Of a DNA stretch of 64,000 bases, positions 59,985 through 64,000 are shown piece by piece. Where the stretch lies: NCBI GenBank assembly GCA_009914755.4, contig CP068257.2:43616001-43680000 (forward strand), read 5' to 3'. Source of the DNA: the human T2T-CHM13v2.0 reference genome, Homo sapiens. The translations under genes were made by a program, and so were the position numbers. Under the pieces are notes generated by a model. It saw nothing but the letters and a program-made list of their open reading frames with translations, was not told where the DNA came from and did not search any database. How positions within the stretch are numbered: position 1 is the stretch's first letter; each line of letters opens with the position of its first letter.

Positions 59985-61390
59985 GACTAAAGATAGCCTT
60001 TTCAACAAATGGTGCTGGAACAACTGGACATCCACATGCAGAAAAAACAAATGAATCTAGACACAAACCATAAAACCTTCATAAAAATTAACTCACAATT
60101 TATCACAGACCTAAATGTCAAATGCAAAACTATAAAACTCCTAGAAGGTATCGCAAGAGAAAATCTAGATGACTTAGGATTTGGTGATGTTTTTAAAGTA
60201 CAACATCAAAGGCTGATCCATGAAAAAATATCAGTGATAAGCTGGACCTCATTAAAATTAAAACCCTCTGCCCTGCAAAAGACAAAGTCAAAAGAATGGG
60301 AAGATGAGCCACAAACTGAAAGAAAGTGTTTGCAAAATACACATCTGATAAAGGACTGTTATCCAAAATATATAAAGAACTCTTAAAACTCAACAGTAAG
60401 AAAACAAACAACCCGATTAAAAAATGGGCAAAAGACCTGAACAGACACTTCATTGGAGAAGATGCACAGATGGCAAAGAAGCACATGTAAAGATTGTAAG
60501 AAATGCACCTAAAACAACAATGAGATGCCACCACACACCTGTTAGGAAGTCAGATTCCAGAACACTGACCACTGAATGCTGGTGAGGGTGTGGAGCAAAG
60601 TTTGGCATTCACTCATCACTGGTGGGAATGCAGAACAGCACAGCTACTTTGGAAGCCAGTTTGCAGTTTCTTACAAAACTAAATGTGTTCTTACTATACA
60701 TTCTAGCAATTACATTTATTGGCATTTACCCAAAGGAAGTGAACATTTATTTCCATACAATCACCTCCATGCAGATGTTTATAGAAGCTTTATTCATAAT
60801 TGCCAGAACTTGGAAGCAACCAAGATGTCCTTCAGTAGGTGAAAGGGGTAGGTGGACCGTGGCACACCCAGACAGTGGAATATGATGCAGTGCTAGAAAG
60901 AAATGTGCTGTCAAGCAGCCAGGAGAAAACATGCAGGAGCCTTGACTATGTATTACTACGTGAAAGAAGCCATGCAGAGAAGTCTACAGACGGTGTGATT
61001 CTAACCATGTGACACTCTGGAAAAGGCAATATCGTGGTCGCCAGCGCTCAGGAGGGAGGGACAGACAGGCAGAGCCCAGGGGATCTTCAGGGCGCAGAAC
61101 CGCTCTGTGTGGGACTGCAGTGGTGGATCCATGCCATTGCACATCTGTCCAAACCCACGGCATGAAGAGCACCAAGAGCGAGCCCTCGTGTGGACCAGGG
61201 TCTTTGGGTGCTGACAATGTGGCCACGCAGGCTCATGGCTTGTAATAAATGGGCCGCTCCGGTGTGGGTGTTGATGGTGAGGGAGGCTGCATGTTTGTGG
61301 TGGGGCAGAGGGTGCATGGGAACTCTGTACCGCCTGCTCGATTTTACTGTGAACCTAAACCTTCCCTAAAAAATAAAGTCTATTTAAAAA
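59985..61390 (+). mobile_element. Old L1 (L1PB/L1MA-like) 3' end, comprising the ORF2 C-terminus and 3'UTR
   Basis: The ORF2 C-terminal sequence reads [15 protein letters not shown]...IKINSQFITDLNVKCKTIKLLE. The 3'UTR ends ctctgtaccgcctgctcgattttactgtgaacctaaaccttccctaaaaaataaagtctatttaaaaaaaaa. Confidence 0.8.
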
Positions 61391-61611
61391 AAAACTAAGA
61401 AGGACAAGCTGCGTTAATAGACATGCATAAGAAAGCGAGAGTAAATGAAGCAGGAATAGAGAAATAAACCAGCGGAGTGGAGTTGAGAGGGCAGGAAAAG
61501 TTCCACGCAACTGTGGGAGTCCCATTCGTGATAAGGGCGGTTTCTCAAATGAGGGGTATGCGATGGACTCCCCAGTACATGTGAAGTCAGACCCTCGCAA
61601 GACTGAACCAA

Positions 61612-61734
61612 GAAGAAGTTGAATCCTGAATAGACCAATAACAAGTTCTGAAATTGAGGTAGTAATAAATAGCCATTCCTCCCATTCCTCACTTCATTCC
61701 CAAAAACATGTTTCACAGACAGTAAAAGCCTAAA
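61612..61734 (+). mobile_element. Short diverged L1 ORF2 fragment
   Basis: It reads gaatagaccaataacaagttctgaaattgaggtagtaataaa, which is [11 protein letters not shown]. It is an inverted duplicate of 62640-62710. Confidence 0.4.
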
Positions 61735-62810
61735 CAGGAAGGGAAACTATAAGATATCAGAGGATGGGAGTTCACTCATGATTTGGGTTTCTGCTTATCT
61801 GTTGTTGGTGTATAGGAATGCTTGTGATTTCTGCACGTTGATTTTGTGTCCTGAGACTTTGCTAAAGTTGTTTATCAGCTTAAGAAGCTTTTGGGCTGAG
61901 ACGATAGGGTTTTCTACATACAGGATCATGTCATCTGCAAACAAAGACAATTTGACTTCCTCTCTTCCTATTTGAAACCCTTTATTTCTTTTTCTCGCCT
62001 GATTGCCCTGGAGTCAGAACTTCCAACACTATGTTGGGAAAGAGTGGTGAGAGAGGGCATCCCTGTCTTGTGCTGGTTTTCAATGGGAATGCTTCCAGCT
62101 TTTGCCCATTCAGTATGATATTGCCCATGGGTTTGTCATAAATGGCTCTTACTATTTCAAGGTATGTTCCTTTAATACCTAGTTTATTGAGAGTTTTTAA
62201 CACGAAGGGTGTTGAATTTTATGAAAGGCCCTTTCTGCATCTATTGAGATAATCATGTGGTTTTTGTCATTGGTTCTGTTTATGTGATGGATTACGTTTA
62301 TTGACTTGTGTATGTTGAACCAGCCTTGCATCCCAGGGATGAAGCTGACTTGATCGTGGTGGATAAGCTTTTTGATGTGCTGCTGGATTTGGTTCGCCTG
62401 TGTTTTATAGAGGATTTTCACATTGGTGTTCATCAGGGATATTGGCCTGAAGTTTTCTTTTTTGTTGTTGTGTCTCTGCCAGGTTTTGCTATCAGGATGA
62501 TGCTGGTCTCATAAAATGAGTTAGGGAGGAGTCTCTCCTTTTCAATTATTTGGAATAGTTTCAGAAGAAACGGTACCAGCTCGTCTTCATACTTCTGATA
62601 GAATTCAGCTGTAAATCCATCTGGACCTGGGCTTTTTTAGGTTGGCAGGCCATTTATTACTGCCTCAATTTTAGAACTTGTTATTGGTCTATTCAGGGAT
62701 TCAACTTCTTGGTTCAGTCTTGGGAGGATGTATGTGCCCAGGAATTTATCCATTTCTTCTAGATTTTCCAGTTTATTTGCATAGAGTTCAAAATAACTAT
62801 GAATACAGCT
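61735..62810 (-). mobile_element. L1PA-like ORF2 segment, inverted, covering the EN/RT linker through the RT domain
   Basis: Minus-strand ORFs read [65 protein letters not shown] and [25 protein letters not shown]...[17 protein letters not shown]. Confidence 0.8.
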
Positions 62811-62814
62811 AACA

Positions 62815-64000
62815 AGGGAAGTGAAGGACCTGTTCAAGGAGAACTACAAACTGCTGCTCAAGGAAACCAGAGAGGACACAAGCAGATGGAAAAACATTCC
62901 ACGCTCATGGATAGAAAGAATCAATGTTATGAAAATGGCCATACTGCTCAAAGCAATTTATAGATTCAATGCTATTCCCATTAAACTACCATTGACATTC
63001 TTCACAGAATTAGAAAAAACTATTTAAAAATCCATACGGAACCAAAAAAGAGCTCTCATAGCTAAGACAATCTTAAGCAAAAATAACAAAGCTGGAGGCA
63101 TCATGCTACCTGACTTCAAAATATACTACAAGGCCACAGTAACCAAAACAGCATGGTACTGGTACAAAAACAGACACATAGACCAATGGAACAGAATAGA
63201 GAACTCAGAAATAACACCATATGTCTACAACCATCTGGTCTTCGACAAGCCAAACAAAAACACGCAATGGGGAAAGGATTTCCTAGTTAATAAATGGTGC
63301 TGGGAGAACTGGCTAGCCATATGCAGAAAATTGAAACTGGACACCTTCCTTACACCTTATGCAAAAATTAACTCAAAGTGGATTAAAGCCTTAAATGTAA
63401 AACCCAAAACTATAAAAACCCTAGAAGAAAATCTAGGCAATGCCATTCAGGACATGGGCACAGGCAAAGATTTTATGATGAAAATGCCAAAAGCAATGGC
63501 AACAAAAGCAAAAACTGACAAATGGGATCTAAATAAACTAAAGAGCTTCTGCACAGCAAACGAAACTATCATTAGAGTGAACAGACAACCTACAGAATGG
63601 GAGAACATTTTTTGCAATCTGTTTGTCTGACAAAGGTTTAACACTTAGAATCTACAAGGAACTTAAGCAAATTTACAAGAGAAAAACAAACAACCCCATT
63701 AAAAAGTGCACAAAGGATATGAACAGACACTTCTCAAAAAAAGACATACATGCAGCCAACAAATGCATGAAAAAAGGCTTAACATCGCTGGTCATTAGAG
63801 AAATGCAAATCAAAACCACAATGAGTTCTCATGCCAGTCAGAATGGTAATTATGAAAAAGTCAGGAAACAGCACATGCTGGCAAGGCTGTGGAGAAATAG
63901 GAACACTTTTACACTGCCGGTGGGAATGTAAATTAGTTCAACCATTGTGGAAGACAGTGTGGTGATTCCTCCAAGATTGAGAACCAGAAATACCATTTGA
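62815..64000 (+). mobile_element. L1PA-like ORF2 distal segment, direct, continuing beyond the window end
   Basis: Plus-strand ORFs read [57 protein letters not shown] and ...[49 protein letters not shown]. The window ends inside ORF2. Confidence 0.85.

Noticed and set aside
59440-61505. Inverted repeats considered as terminal inverted repeats of a DNA transposon
   Set aside because: Each arm contains an L1 3'UTR terminus plus poly(A) and adjacent flank. The structure is therefore an inverted segmental duplication and not transposon TIRs.

Overview
This is human genomic DNA: it is dense with Alu, L1 and SVA elements and carries a CpG-island promoter. It is almost certainly chr21q22.3. The window holds the complete POFUT2 gene (GDP-fucose protein O-fucosyltransferase 2) on the minus strand. 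I reconstructed nine coding exons by translating the minus strand and matching the POFUT2 protein as I recall it. The start codon is at 35826-35824 and the stop at 13519-13517. Exon lengths sum to 1290 nt, which is 429 codons plus a stop. The gene lies between an upstream intergenic or lncRNA region (1-11900) and a GC-rich CpG-island promoter (about 35650-36830). By established knowledge that promoter is bidirectional with LINC00205 on the plus strand, but I could not map lncRNA exons from sequence. The introns carry large transposon insertions, all antisense to the gene. Intron 7 holds a 1.8 kb SVA with a 17-bp target-site duplication, only about 20 bp from the exon 7 donor. Intron 6 holds a near full-length L1PA-type element (about 18230-23850) with an Alu behind it, and intron 5 holds an AluY. 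Elsewhere there are an internally deleted gamma-like ERV (6705-9925) with LTRs, a polypurine tract and an integrase remnant, a THE1/MaLR LTR, an old L1 3' end inside an inverted duplication (59440-61505), and an L1 5'-inverted and 3'-direct pair typical of twin priming (61735-64000+). The window is also unusually rich in GC-rich minisatellites and VNTRs, which fits subtelomeric 21q. There are no prokaryotic features and no CRISPR, rRNA or tRNA; the many long ORFs in the track are GC-rich or repeat artifacts, apart from POFUT2 exons and transposon ORF remnants. The most notable sequence-level anomaly is a one-base phase inconsistency at the POFUT2 exon 4/5 junction, where canonical GT-AG splicing gives a +1 frameshift.
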